A DNA stretch of 64,000 bases, from contig JANRKO010000059.1 of NCBI GenBank assembly GCA_033763455.1, positions 18,375 through 82,374 of the forward strand, in the 5' to 3' direction. A program made the position numbers and the translations under genes. This document shows positions 55,391 to 64,000 of this stretch, piece by piece. Position 1 is the first letter of the stretch. Every line of letters begins with the position of its first letter. This stretch comes from Polyangiaceae bacterium (GTDB lineage: Bacteria; Myxococcota_A; Polyangia; Polyangiales; Polyangiaceae). The notes beneath the pieces were generated by a model. It was not told the origin of the DNA, made no database searches, and worked only from the letters and a program-made list of their open reading frames with translations.

Positions 55391-55687
55391 AAGCCGCGGT
55401 GCCGTTGGTATGGTGAAGCGCAGTACTGGGCCTGGGGCTTCTGCGTCTCCGCTGTCCTAGGTCCGAGCAACCAAAGTAGGGCATGGAAAGGCATGGCGGC
55501 GGCAGCGCCCGTGCTCCCCAAACGGTGTAAGTAGCAGGGCAGCCGGAGGTGTAGCCTCCTTAGGATACGCAAGTTGCGCGTCGAGACGCAAAAGCGGCGC
55601 GGAAAATGCGCGGTGGCCCACCACCTATACGGTGTCGTATCCACCGAAACTGTGGTGAAGCAAGCCGAACGCCCGCAGTCGGCGGAC

Positions 55688-55703
55688 TGGCATGCTCCTC
55701 GCA
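55688..55703 (+). promoter_or_regulatory. possible sigma54 promoter
   Basis: TGGCATGCTCCTCGCA (GG-N10-GC) ~50 bp upstream of ATG 55754. Confidence 0.45.
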
Positions 55704-55753
55704 AAGGCGCACCTTGTCATCGACCTCACTACTTCAACTGGAACGAGAACCTG

Positions 55754-55984
55754 ATGCGAACCACATCACCTAAAGAAGAGATCCAAGACGAGCTCGTCGC
55801 TGCCCGTGCCTACGAAAAATGGCAGCAACGGGGCTGCCCGCTGTGGGAGTCCGCACTGGACTGGAGTGCCGCCCGAGCTGAGCTGGAGCAAGAGTTGGAA
55901 ACAGGGGCAGCACAGCCTCCACAAGAACGCAAGTCATTCACTGAGTCGCGTCCCACTAGTGAGGCACACGCCTTCGCACATTGA
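55754..55984 (+). CDS. DUF2934 domain protein (second copy)
   Basis: VAARAYEKWQQRGCPLW...DWSAARAELEQ. Confidence 0.75.
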   Translation: MRTTSPKEEIQDELVAARAYEKWQQRGCPLWESALDWSAARAELEQELETGAAQPPQERKSFTESRPTSEAHAFAH

Positions 55985-56094
55985 ACTTGAGGGAGAGAAC
56001 GATAGAGCCCGAACGCGTGCCGGAGGGCACCTGATCTCTGGGGGCGGTGCGCGGGGGGGACGCTTCAGGATACGTTTGTGGTAACCTGCGGAGC

Positions 56095-57135
56095 ATGGCA
56101 GATGCTACGTTTCGGGACCGGGCGATTGGCGGCCCTTTTTTGATCGCAGTGGCGCTCATCGCGACAGCTTGCGGCGGGCGGGCCGAGTCGGATGGCCAGG
56201 CTGCCACGAACGCGGTTCCCACTTCTCCCGCTTCGCCCCCAACGCTGGTCGCTCCCGCGATGTCGGGCTCGCCAGCACTGCCGCGCCCTATCGATCTGAA
56301 ACAGGTACAATTCTCCAAAGTCGTGGCAGGGAAGTTGGGATACTTCTGCGGTATTGAAATGAGCGGTGCTCCGGGCACCACCGCAGGAACGCGATCGCCG
56401 AGCGTTCCTGCGGGCAGGTTGCTCTGTGTTCAAGACGAACAGCTCGTCAAAGAAATGCCGGGGCCGTACATCGACGTTTCCTTCAATCACGACTTGGCAA
56501 TATGGGAATACCTTTGCGCCGTGCGGGATACTGGCACGTTGGAGTGTGGGTCCGACACAGACATCAACACAGGTATCACGCTTTCATTGCCAGCTAACCG
56601 TTTTACAGCCGTTGCGGTGAGCTTTTTCAATGCCTGCGGGCTCGATGATCAGGGCAAAATGCACTGTTGGACGTCCGAGGTCGCCGGGGGGACGAAACCG
56701 CTCGAGGGATCTTTCGGTCGACTTGCCGTTGCGATGTATCACGTTTGCGCAACCCAGAAAGAGCTCCCGGTTCACGTCGATTGTCGTGACAAGACAGGCA
56801 GTCAACGCCTGCTTGATTCTGGCTTCTTTGACGTCGCCGTCTACTCTCAGGGGGGATGCGGAGCGGGCCTTTTCCCGGTCGTCGGTTTGATCTGCTGGGA
56901 CGACGCATCACCCGCCGAAAGAGTGGTGGCAAAGGGCACGTTCGTCCAAGTGAGCATGAACCTGGCGGGGCAGGGTTGCGCCCTTTCCGACGTTGGCCTT
57001 CCCACCTGTTGGCAGGGGAGCGATGTTTGGGTTCCAAAAGGGGTAAGTGGGCCGTTGCACGGAATTTCGGTAGGGCCGGAGCACACGTGCGCTCTCGATG
57101 CTGAAAGCCACGTTAAGTGTTGGAGTGGGCGTTAA
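56095..57135 (+). CDS. RCC1/BLIP-II-like repeat lipoprotein
   Basis: Lipobox ATAC; repeated C.L...G...CW units ending ISVGPEHTCALDAESHVKCW. Confidence 0.7.
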   Translation: MADATFRDRAIGGPFLIAVALIATACGGRAESDGQAATNAVPTSPASPPTLVAPAMSGSPALPRPIDLKQVQFSKVVAGKLGYFCGIEMSGAPGTTAGTRSPSVPAGRLLCVQDEQLVKEMPGPYIDVSFNHDLAIWEYLCAVRDTGTLECGSDTDINTGITLSLPANRFTAVAVSFFNACGLDDQGKMHCWTSEVAGGTKPLEGSFGRLAVAMYHVCATQKELPVHVDCRDKTGSQRLLDSGFFDVAVYSQGGCGAGLFPVVGLICWDDASPAERVVAKGTFVQVSMNLAGQGCALSDVGLPTCWQGSDVWVPKGVSGPLHGISVGPEHTCALDAESHVKCWSGR

Positions 57136-57154
57136 GCCCGAAGGAGCGCATCCC

Positions 57155-58426
57155 ATGCCACCTACCGCAGATCTGCTGAACCGCGAGTGCGCTTGCCTTA
57201 CCGTTGATCAGCAAGCCCTCGAAATGCTCCTAGATCGAGGGGGCGTGGATGGCCTGTACGGTTCGATCCTTGCCAAGCAGCCGCATCTCTTTTCATCCGT
57301 CCCGGTCTTCCTGTCGCGGGCAAACGCTGAAGCTGTGGCGGCTACCGTGTCTGCGATCGAGCGAGTTGTCGCGATCCCTTCCTATGCTGCGGCCGCCATC
57401 GCGCGTGCTCCCCATAGTGCCGCGCTTCGCTTCGGGCCACACGGCGTTTTCTATGGCTACGATTTTCATCTCGGAAGCGATGGGCCGAAGCTAATCGAGA
57501 TCAATACCAACGCGGGCGGTGCGTTGCTCAACGCAATTCTAGGGCAGGCCCAAAAAGCGTGCTGCCCGGAAATGGCCGCGCTCAGCTGCGGTGAAGAGCC
57601 GCTCCAATCGCTGGAGGATGCATTTGTGGCAATGTTCCGGCGTGAATATGCGTTGCAACGGGGCCATGCGCCACTGCGTACGGTCGCCATCGTCGACGAC
57701 GATCCAGAGGCGCAATACCTGCATCCCGAGTTCCTGCTGTTCCAGCAGATGTTCCGCGCGGCCGGGCTGGAGGCGCACATCGTGAGCGGAAGAGAGCTCA
57801 CCTTCGAGGCCGGCGCGCTCAGCGCTCAAGGGCACACTATCGATCTGGTTTACAATCGCCTCACCGATTTTTATTTTGAGGATGAGGAACACCGGGCGCT
57901 CGGCGAGGCGTATGCAGCGGGGGCAGTTGTCGTCACCCCTAATCCGTTCGGGCACGCACTTTACGCCGACAAACGAAACTTGGTAACGCTCTCGGATGCG
58001 GATCGACTTGCCACTCTCGGTGCCGACACCGCCACCATTTCGACATTACTTGCGCACGTGCCACGCACGCTGGAGTTGACGTCCGAAAACCGTGAAGCAA
58101 TGTGGAAGGAGCGGAAGAAGTATTTCTTTAAGCCTGTAGCCGGCTACGGCGGCAAAGCAGCTTACAGAGGGGATAAGCTCACAACGTCGACGTGGGCCGG
58201 AATGGCTGGCCGAGAGTATGTAGCGCAGGAGGTTGTGCGCCCAACTGAACGCACGATAGCTCTCGAAGGTCAGCGGGTCGCTCTCAAGTTGGACCTTCGC
58301 GCGTACGTGTACGACGGGAAGGTCCAGCTTATGGCGGCGCGGCTTTATCAGGGGCAGACAACGAATTTTCGCACCGCTGGCGGAGGCTTTGCGCCGGTAT
58401 TCACGGAATGCGCGACGACCAGATAG
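57155..58426 (+). CDS. ATP-grasp amide ligase-like protein (circularly permuted / GSP-synthetase-like)
   Basis: RBS AAGGAG; GYDFHL...KLIEINTNAGG, VYNR, FFKP..GYGGK, YVAQE, DLRAY. Confidence 0.7.
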   Translation: MPPTADLLNRECACLTVDQQALEMLLDRGGVDGLYGSILAKQPHLFSSVPVFLSRANAEAVAATVSAIERVVAIPSYAAAAIARAPHSAALRFGPHGVFYGYDFHLGSDGPKLIEINTNAGGALLNAILGQAQKACCPEMAALSCGEEPLQSLEDAFVAMFRREYALQRGHAPLRTVAIVDDDPEAQYLHPEFLLFQQMFRAAGLEAHIVSGRELTFEAGALSAQGHTIDLVYNRLTDFYFEDEEHRALGEAYAAGAVVVTPNPFGHALYADKRNLVTLSDADRLATLGADTATISTLLAHVPRTLELTSENREAMWKERKKYFFKPVAGYGGKAAYRGDKLTTSTWAGMAGREYVAQEVVRPTERTIALEGQRVALKLDLRAYVYDGKVQLMAARLYQGQTTNFRTAGGGFAPVFTECATTR

Positions 58427-58465
58427 GCTTTCTTTCCACGCGCACTGCCATCGCTGTTATTGGCC

Positions 58466-59551
58466 ATGACTAAAAATCCAATCGCACATAGCAGTGTCAT
58501 CGCCATGCTGGCCGCGGTGCTGTTCGGGGTAACGACGCCACTCGTCAAATACTTTGGCCAAGGTGCCGGCGCGTTCGCTACGGCAACGCTGCTCTATGCG
58601 GGCGCCGCAGTGGGTGCAGGCTTGCCCAAACGTCGACCGAACGAGCAAGCGCTGGGTCGCGCGCAAATACCTCGGCTTCTGCTGGTTGCCTTCTTTGGCG
58701 CAACGCTTGCTCCAGCAGCGTTGGCTTTTGGTCTCAAAGGTGCGGGCGCGCTCACGGCCTCACTGCTCCTCAATCTTGAAGCCGTTTTCACGGTGCTTTT
58801 GGCGTGGCTGTTCTTTCGAGAGCCCGTTGGCAGGCGTGTGCTTGTGGCGGCGACACTGATGGTGGCGGGCGGAGCCGTTCTCGCCCTGCGCGTCGACCAT
58901 GGCGCGGATTCGAAGGCACTGGCCTTTTTGGCGCTATGTGGGGCGACGTTCGGCTGGGCGCTGGATAACACCTTGACACGCCCACTCGCTGATTTCGATC
59001 CGCAGGCTGTAGTATTTGGGAAGGGTGGGAGCGGTGCGGTGCGTTCTCTCGCAGCAGCTTTCCTGTTGCGCGATGCATGGCCGCAGCGTACGGCCCTCGT
59101 TGCACTGTTAGTTTGCGGCGCCACCGGCTACGGTTTGAGTTTACGCCTTTATTTGCGCGCACAGCGTGCGCTCGGCGCTGCGCGGACGGGTTCGCTCTTT
59201 GCGTTTGCCCCGTTTGTTGGCTCAATCGTAGCTTTTGCACTTGGTGATCGCGCGGGCATGGAGTTCGTCGCCATCGCCGCTCCGCTCTTTGGTATAGCCG
59301 TGTACCTTCACCTCACGGAAAGCCACCACCACCTTCATTCGCATGGGGCAATGGACCACGATCACACGCATACCCACGACGACGGTCATCACCTGCACGC
59401 TCATGAGCCACCGATCGGCGGCTCACACAGTCATCCCCACCACCACGACCCGCTAGAGCACGAGCATTCGCACGGCTCTGATTTGCATCACCGACATGAG
59501 CACGAGGGCGCTCCTATGACACAGCCTTCGGGCATTCCCCCCGAGCGCTGA
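58466..59551 (+). CDS. DMT/EamA transporter with His-rich C-terminal tail
   Basis: ASLLLNLEAVFT, WALDNTLTR, multiple TM helices; tail HHHLHSH...HEHSH..DLHHRHEH. Confidence 0.88.
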   Translation: MTKNPIAHSSVIAMLAAVLFGVTTPLVKYFGQGAGAFATATLLYAGAAVGAGLPKRRPNEQALGRAQIPRLLLVAFFGATLAPAALAFGLKGAGALTASLLLNLEAVFTVLLAWLFFREPVGRRVLVAATLMVAGGAVLALRVDHGADSKALAFLALCGATFGWALDNTLTRPLADFDPQAVVFGKGGSGAVRSLAAAFLLRDAWPQRTALVALLVCGATGYGLSLRLYLRAQRALGAARTGSLFAFAPFVGSIVAFALGDRAGMEFVAIAAPLFGIAVYLHLTESHHHLHSHGAMDHDHTHTHDDGHHLHAHEPPIGGSHSHPHHHDPLEHEHSHGSDLHHRHEHEGAPMTQPSGIPPER

Positions 59552-59777
59552 ATCCCACGCCGCTCGCAGACGCGGTGCAGTCGCTGGCGTTCGCGATGCG
59601 GTCGCAGCTGCATACCTAGCGAAGGTCATATAGGCAGGGTTGCACTACGACACCACGTGCGAGCTGGCGTGACGAGGTCGCTTCCGGAAACGAGCGGTTG
59701 GCGTCTTTCGAGGGCTCCGGTGGCATAGATTCGCCACCATCATCGCGAATACAGCCGAATGCTACGCCACCCGTCGC

Positions 59778-60077
59778 CTAAAATCGCCGAAACCTGCCAT
59801 TGCGTCGCCGAAAGCGCTGCACCCTCGCGTCCCAAGCGCCCGCTCGTGAAAGCACCAACGAAAACACACCCGTCCCAGCCGCGAGGAGTGCCGCCCCCCA
59901 ACCGGCACCACGCGTACTCGGCACGGGCGCATCCTTGACGAGCGCGGTTGTTAACATTGTGGAGCCCAACTGGCGCGACATGTTTCGCGCAAGCACGGTG
60001 GGTTGTGGCGACGTCTCGTCCGGTCGCGAGACCCCACCTTGAGTAGTTGAATTAGGCGTACATTTTCGGTTTTTCAT
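59778..60077 (-). CDS. hypothetical protein
   Basis: GGAG before ATG 60077; no recognised domain. Confidence 0.3.
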   Translation of the reverse strand: MKNRKCTPNSTTQGGVSRPDETSPQPTVLARNMSRQLGSTMLTTALVKDAPVPSTRGAGWGAALLAAGTGVFSLVLSRAGAWDARVQRFRRRNGRFRRF

Positions 60078-60166
60078 GTGATTGCTCCGTATTGGTTATG
60101 TGTCTTTCGGCTGAATGCAGTTGAGAAGCCGCTGTTCCCAAGGTGGCAAATTCCCACCTGAGTCTT

Positions 60167-60499
60167 TCAAGCGCCGCTTCGTTCCTGCGTTGGAGGGACA
60201 ACGCGTCGCTCATGCACCGGGTCGCCGACTACGAGCCTCGCCAGCTCGAGCGCTCGCCGTGGCGCAAAGAGCCCGCCATCCAGAACGGCGAGGGCAAGCC
60301 GTCCGGCGTCCGAGAGTTCCAGGCAGGCGCGAGCGAACGCGCGGAGCCGTTCCAACTCCGGGGTCCGTTGGCTCGCGGCCAGATCCAGGAGGGCCTGAGC
60401 CTCTCCCGTGAGAACCGCCAGGGGCTCTGGGCCGAGCCCGTCGGGGAGCCAGCGACCGACAACGGGTTGGCCTTTCAGTGCATCGGTAGAAAGCGTTTG
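60167..60499 (-). other. detached 3' coding segment of the integrase (110 codons)
   Basis: In frame with the att-encoded peptide ...LNLHGNNPASTSS shared with the integrase C-terminus. Confidence 0.7.
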
Positions 60500-60658
60500 G
60501 CTTGAGGTGCTAGCGGGGTTATTCCCATGGAGGTTCAAGTCCTCTCCTTCGCACAAAGGCATTCTAATCGGGGAGTTGCCAACCCCAGCTAGGCGCTTCC
60601 GAGCGCTAGCGGGGTAGGGGGCTGGTTTCTGGCCCGGTGGGGTGAAGCCGGTGGGGCC
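60500..60658 (+). repeat. attR (right direct repeat, includes tRNA-Leu 3' half)
   Basis: 156/159 identical to 28452-28610. Confidence 0.92.
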
Positions 60659-60721
60659 GGCGGCGGTGAAGCATTTCGAAAAGCCCATTGCTTCCCCACG
60701 TAGGTTGCGAATACTTCGCTC

Positions 60722-61756
60722 ATGATTTTGAGCGATTTATTCCTTAAAGGTGGAATACTGCAGCTGCCAGCGATTGTTCTTCTACCCTTACTCACGGGGT
60801 GCGCAAGTTCCGCCTCTTCACCTCGCGTGACCGAAGGCGCGTCGGCTGGTGGAATGTTCGGCGGCCTGGGAGGTGCCAATTCCACGCTGCCTTCCAGTGG
60901 GGGCACGGGTGGCGGGTCACCTGCCGGTTTTGGTGGAAGCAGCGCGCAAGGAAATAGCGGTGGTGCTGCAGCCGGCGGAAGCACCGTCCATGCGGGGGGC
61001 ACGGGTGGGACGCAAAGTTCAGGCAGCGGGGGAGCCTTCTCGGCTGCTGGAGGTAATGTTGGTAGCGGAGGAGCGGGCGGCAGCGGCTCCGACTTTCAAC
61101 CTTGCCCAGGCGGTGGCGCACCCTGCCGGATCTTACCGTTGGGCGATTCGATCACATTCGGAGTCGGGTCAACACACGAAGCCGGCTACAGATTATCTCT
61201 ATTCCGCGCCGCCACTCAAGCGGGCAAGTTGATAACGTTCGTTGGATCGGCAGATCCCAATGGGCCCAGCATGGTAGATTCCGTTCCTTTCCCCCGTGCG
61301 CATGAGGGGCATAGCGGATTTACGATCGCACAAATACGGGCCCTCACGAGCGCCACGCTCCAAGCCAACACGCCCCACATCGTGCTCCTTCACATCGGCA
61401 CCAACGATGCCGAGGAGCAACAAACCGATCGACCAAGCCCATCAGCACTGGGTGGGCTTATCGACCAAATTGCGGCCGAGGCCCCCAACGCCCTGATCGT
61501 CGTGGCCCAGATCATCCCTCTTATCAACCCTGATGTCGGGCTTCAGGCGGGGCTTTCGGCCTATAATCAAGCGATACCGAACCTGGTGAGCACCCGAGCA
61601 GCATCAGGCATGCACATCATTTCCGTGAACATGAACGCAGCACTGGCAGGGAGCCCGAGCTCCGAGACCATGGCGGACGACTACCATCCGAACGACGTTG
61701 GGTATGATCTGATGGGGGCCGCATGGTTTGCCTCAATTGCAGGCACGTTGCGCTAG
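60722..61756 (+). CDS. SGNH/GDSL hydrolase lipoprotein
   Basis: Lipobox LTGC, Gly-rich linker, LGDSIT, HEGHSG, IGTND, DDYHPN. Confidence 0.88.
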   Translation: MILSDLFLKGGILQLPAIVLLPLLTGCASSASSPRVTEGASAGGMFGGLGGANSTLPSSGGTGGGSPAGFGGSSAQGNSGGAAAGGSTVHAGGTGGTQSSGSGGAFSAAGGNVGSGGAGGSGSDFQPCPGGGAPCRILPLGDSITFGVGSTHEAGYRLSLFRAATQAGKLITFVGSADPNGPSMVDSVPFPRAHEGHSGFTIAQIRALTSATLQANTPHIVLLHIGTNDAEEQQTDRPSPSALGGLIDQIAAEAPNALIVVAQIIPLINPDVGLQAGLSAYNQAIPNLVSTRAASGMHIISVNMNAALAGSPSSETMADDYHPNDVGYDLMGAAWFASIAGTLR

Positions 61757-61761
61757 GCCTA

Positions 61762-62625
61762 ATGTGGCCCCAAATGCTTAAGCTCGCTAACACCAGCTTA
61801 GAAGTAGAAATCCTGGACCCTGTTCGGGATCTCAACCGTTGTGGATCCCGCTATTGCGTGGGCGGGTATATCTACCAAGTCCTCGATAAGAACCTGGGGC
61901 CGCTGCTATCAGGTCCACAGTATCCGAGGGCCAACCCGGATGTTTTCCATGGTCAAGGAGCGCCAGAGCAGTTCGTGCGCGTCCTTGGGGAAGATGCAGA
62001 TATAGGAGATGAGGTCGCCGTCATCGGTGTAGGTCGCGTGCGGCGCACCGGTGAGGCTCGCCCCATGTTTGCACGCTACAATCCAGAGGTTCTTTCGTTC
62101 TTGCCCTGGACCGTGGAGCAGACTGACACAAAAATTGTGTTTCGCTCCGAGGACGAATTTCGAGGATTCGCGTACGAACTCACGCGCACCGTTCGCCTCG
62201 ATGGAAGGGCGGTCCTCTCCGAAACGCACATTAGTAACCGCGGGCTCCTGCCCATCCCGGTAGAATGGTACGCACACCCATTTTTCCCAGCGTGCTTGGA
62301 CCGGATCTGTTGCAAACCCTCCGCGCCCGTGGTCCTAAAGGAGAACCCTGGTTACTTTCTTAACTCAGACGGCTTCATTCAGCAGAAGGTCGAAGGGGAT
62401 TGGGCGGTCGGGTACTATCTTGAGCTGAGCTATGCAAAGAGCTCGGCGCCTCTATCCGTCGTTCAGAGACATCCCAAGCTCGGCCAGCTCATCACCAAAA
62501 CCGACTTTCCACCTGCACGGCTGCCCATTTGGAGTAACGACTGCACGTTCTCCTTCGAGCCTTACTTCATCGAAGAGCTATTGCCACGACACGCGGCAGC
62601 ATTTGCCGTAACTTACGAGTTTTGA
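61762..62625 (+). CDS. galactose mutarotase/aldose epimerase-like hypothetical protein
   Basis: Open 287-aa frame; WYAHPFF and FSFEPY resemble mutarotase-fold motifs. Confidence 0.55.
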   Translation: MWPQMLKLANTSLEVEILDPVRDLNRCGSRYCVGGYIYQVLDKNLGPLLSGPQYPRANPDVFHGQGAPEQFVRVLGEDADIGDEVAVIGVGRVRRTGEARPMFARYNPEVLSFLPWTVEQTDTKIVFRSEDEFRGFAYELTRTVRLDGRAVLSETHISNRGLLPIPVEWYAHPFFPACLDRICCKPSAPVVLKENPGYFLNSDGFIQQKVEGDWAVGYYLELSYAKSSAPLSVVQRHPKLGQLITKTDFPPARLPIWSNDCTFSFEPYFIEELLPRHAAAFAVTYEF

Positions 62626-62772
62626 AACATCGTCGAAGTATTGAGCGCTATGTCCTAGTTTTTTTTATGCACAGGCCGACGCAAGTCCGCTCAGTGTTCC
62701 GCGCAGGTAATTTAATGTTATTCGGAAGTCCCTCGCCTGCTAATATTGGCCCCCAGTTCCAAGGAGCAGTCT

Positions 62773-64000
62773 TTGTTTATCCAGCTTTCGAACTTGTGCC
62801 GTTATCCTTCGCATCTTCGCCGCGCAGCTTTCGTCTGCCTTGTGTGGGCGAACACGGGGTGCTCATCGGAGGCGTCTCCAGGTGCGGGTTTCTCGGGGCC
62901 TTCGGCAGGCGGTTCCGGAGGGAATGCGCAGTCTGGAGGCTTCTCGAATGCCCAGGGTGGCGCGCCCACGGTCGGCGGGGCAGCCGTGGTCGGCGGAGCA
63001 CCCACGGTCGGCGGAGCGCCAGCAACGAGCATGGGTGGTGCGGGCAACACTGGGGGTAGCGGTGGCAGCGTGGCGGGGCCACCCAGTACGATAGATGCGG
63101 CTTGGAAGATGCGAAGAAGCATCACGCTTAAGGGAACACAGGCGGAAGCGCTTGTTGATTTTCCGGTTCTCGTCCAGCTAACTCCTCAGAATTTTGATTT
63201 TGCGTCAGCGAAGAGTGCCGGTGAAGATCTGCGCTTCACCGATAGTATGGGCGTCGCGCTTGACCACGAAATTGAGGCCTTCGGATCCTCATCTGCGTTG
63301 ATCTGGGTGCGGGTTCCCCTGCTGCCCCCTGCTGGGCAGACGGCAGAGCTATTCTTGTATTATGGCAATCCCAACGCATCCGCACTGCCGCCGGAGCGAG
63401 CGCAGGCAGTTTGGCCGGCCGCGTCCTACCTGGGCGTTTGGCATTTGTCGGACACGCGGCACCTGGATTCGGGGCCCCTTGGGCTAAATGGGCAAACCAC
63501 GGCCGAGCGGTTCGTTCAAGGCACCTATGTGCCAGGCAAAATTGGGAATAGCTTTTCCATGGATTCTGCGAAGCAAGACCACTTTTCGCTGCCACCAAGC
63601 AAAGCCATTTTCCCAGGTATTTCCCAGATTTCTTTTTCTGGATGGGCCAAGCCGCGTGGCGGAGCACAAGATGAATCACGGAACTTGATAGCCATAGGCA
63701 ATGATAAGCGGTTTGGGCCGGGTGGGCATCCGAGCTTTGACATCTCCTACGATGGGGGTCAATTAAAGATCCGTTGTTTGCCCAACGAGGCTCAAGATGG
63801 TGGTCCCTACGTGACCGAAACAGCCACAAGCTCTGCCCCCGAACTCGTGCCAGATGTTTGGGTACACCTCGGCGTAGAAATCAACGTGGCCACTAAGACG
63901 ACGCGGGTCTACGAAAATGGCGTGCTTGCAGAAACTTTTGAGAACATTCCCTATGCCGAAACGGCATTTGATGCTCAGCACGTTTCTCAGGATTCAACGC
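62773..64000 (+). CDS. DUF2341 + LamG-like lipoprotein, partial (runs off window end)
   Basis: AAGGAG then TTG 62773; frame open to the end; DFPVLV...GEDLRF...LDHEIE...IWVRVP...YYGNP, VWHL, WVHLGV. Confidence 0.8.
   Translation, partial: MFIQLSNLCRYPSHLRRAAFVCLVWANTGCSSEASPGAGFSGPSAGGSGGNAQSGGFSNAQGGAPTVGGAAVVGGAPTVGGAPATSMGGAGNTGGSGGSVAGPPSTIDAAWKMRRSITLKGTQAEALVDFPVLVQLTPQNFDFASAKSAGEDLRFTDSMGVALDHEIEAFGSSSALIWVRVPLLPPAGQTAELFLYYGNPNASALPPERAQAVWPAASYLGVWHLSDTRHLDSGPLGLNGQTTAERFVQGTYVPGKIGNSFSMDSAKQDHFSLPPSKAIFPGISQISFSGWAKPRGGAQDESRNLIAIGNDKRFGPGGHPSFDISYDGGQLKIRCLPNEAQDGGPYVTETATSSAPELVPDVWVHLGVEINVATKTTRVYENGVLAETFENIPYAETAFDAQHVSQDST

Larger units (their letters stand above)
28452..60658. 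mobile_element. ~32.2 kb tRNA-Leu-integrated genomic island with copper/metal-resistance cargo
   Basis: 159-bp direct repeats at both ends containing the tRNA 3' half; adjacent tyrosine integrase; accessory cargo. Confidence 0.92.

Noticed and set aside
37906..59551. Nicotianamine-like metallophore pathway (SAM synthetase + ligases + DMT exporter)
   Set aside because: No nicotianamine synthase or opine dehydrogenase seen, and the genes are scattered in different operons
60500..60553. Second tRNA-Leu gene
   Set aside because: Only the 3' half from the anticodon arm is present; no acceptor 5' strand or D-arm. It is attR.
60167..60688. 173-aa ORF as a stand-alone gene
   Set aside because: Spans attR and has no convincing start; better explained as the detached integrase tail plus the att repeat
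62959..63020. Short tandem repeats (CCCACGGTCGGCGG)
   Set aside because: Encode the GGAPTV low-complexity linker of the DUF2341 lipoprotein
62622..63059. 145-aa ORF from the track
   Set aside because: Overlaps the better supported DUF2341 frame starting at 62773

Overview
GC-rich bacterial DNA whose gene content (PEGA, giant TPR, FHA-kinase, many Cys-lipoproteins with Gly/Pro-rich linkers) suggests a myxobacterium (inference). Positions 1-28.4 kb look like core genome: an FHA hybrid kinase, ExbD, a Suv3/MgpS-like helicase, argG, two PA14 paralogs, a GT2, thrC, an IS1380 relic, PEGA and TPR genes, and lipoproteins. A ~32.2 kb integrative island sits in a tRNA-Leu(GAG) gene, bounded by a 159-bp direct repeat (28452-28610 / 60500-60658, 3 mismatches). 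Its tyrosine integrase reads through the att site antisense to the tRNA and stops there. The same frame continues for 110 codons at the far end of the island, so excision would rebuild a longer integrase. The cargo is a copper/heavy-metal toolkit: two multicopper oxidases, two TolC proteins, CusBA, CsoR, a YHS/TRASH protein, a cytochrome c and a His-tailed DMT transporter. It also carries an archaeal-type SAM synthetase, an ATP-grasp protein, and four copies plus a fifth relic of an uncharacterised His/Cys/Met-rich lipoprotein, one of them in a CusF-like operon position. Two promoters combine a sigma54 motif with a CsoR-type operator at identical spacing and share an upstream 25-bp motif. Several cargo genes are frameshifted or truncated. 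All family calls come from motif recognition by eye; no database searches were run.
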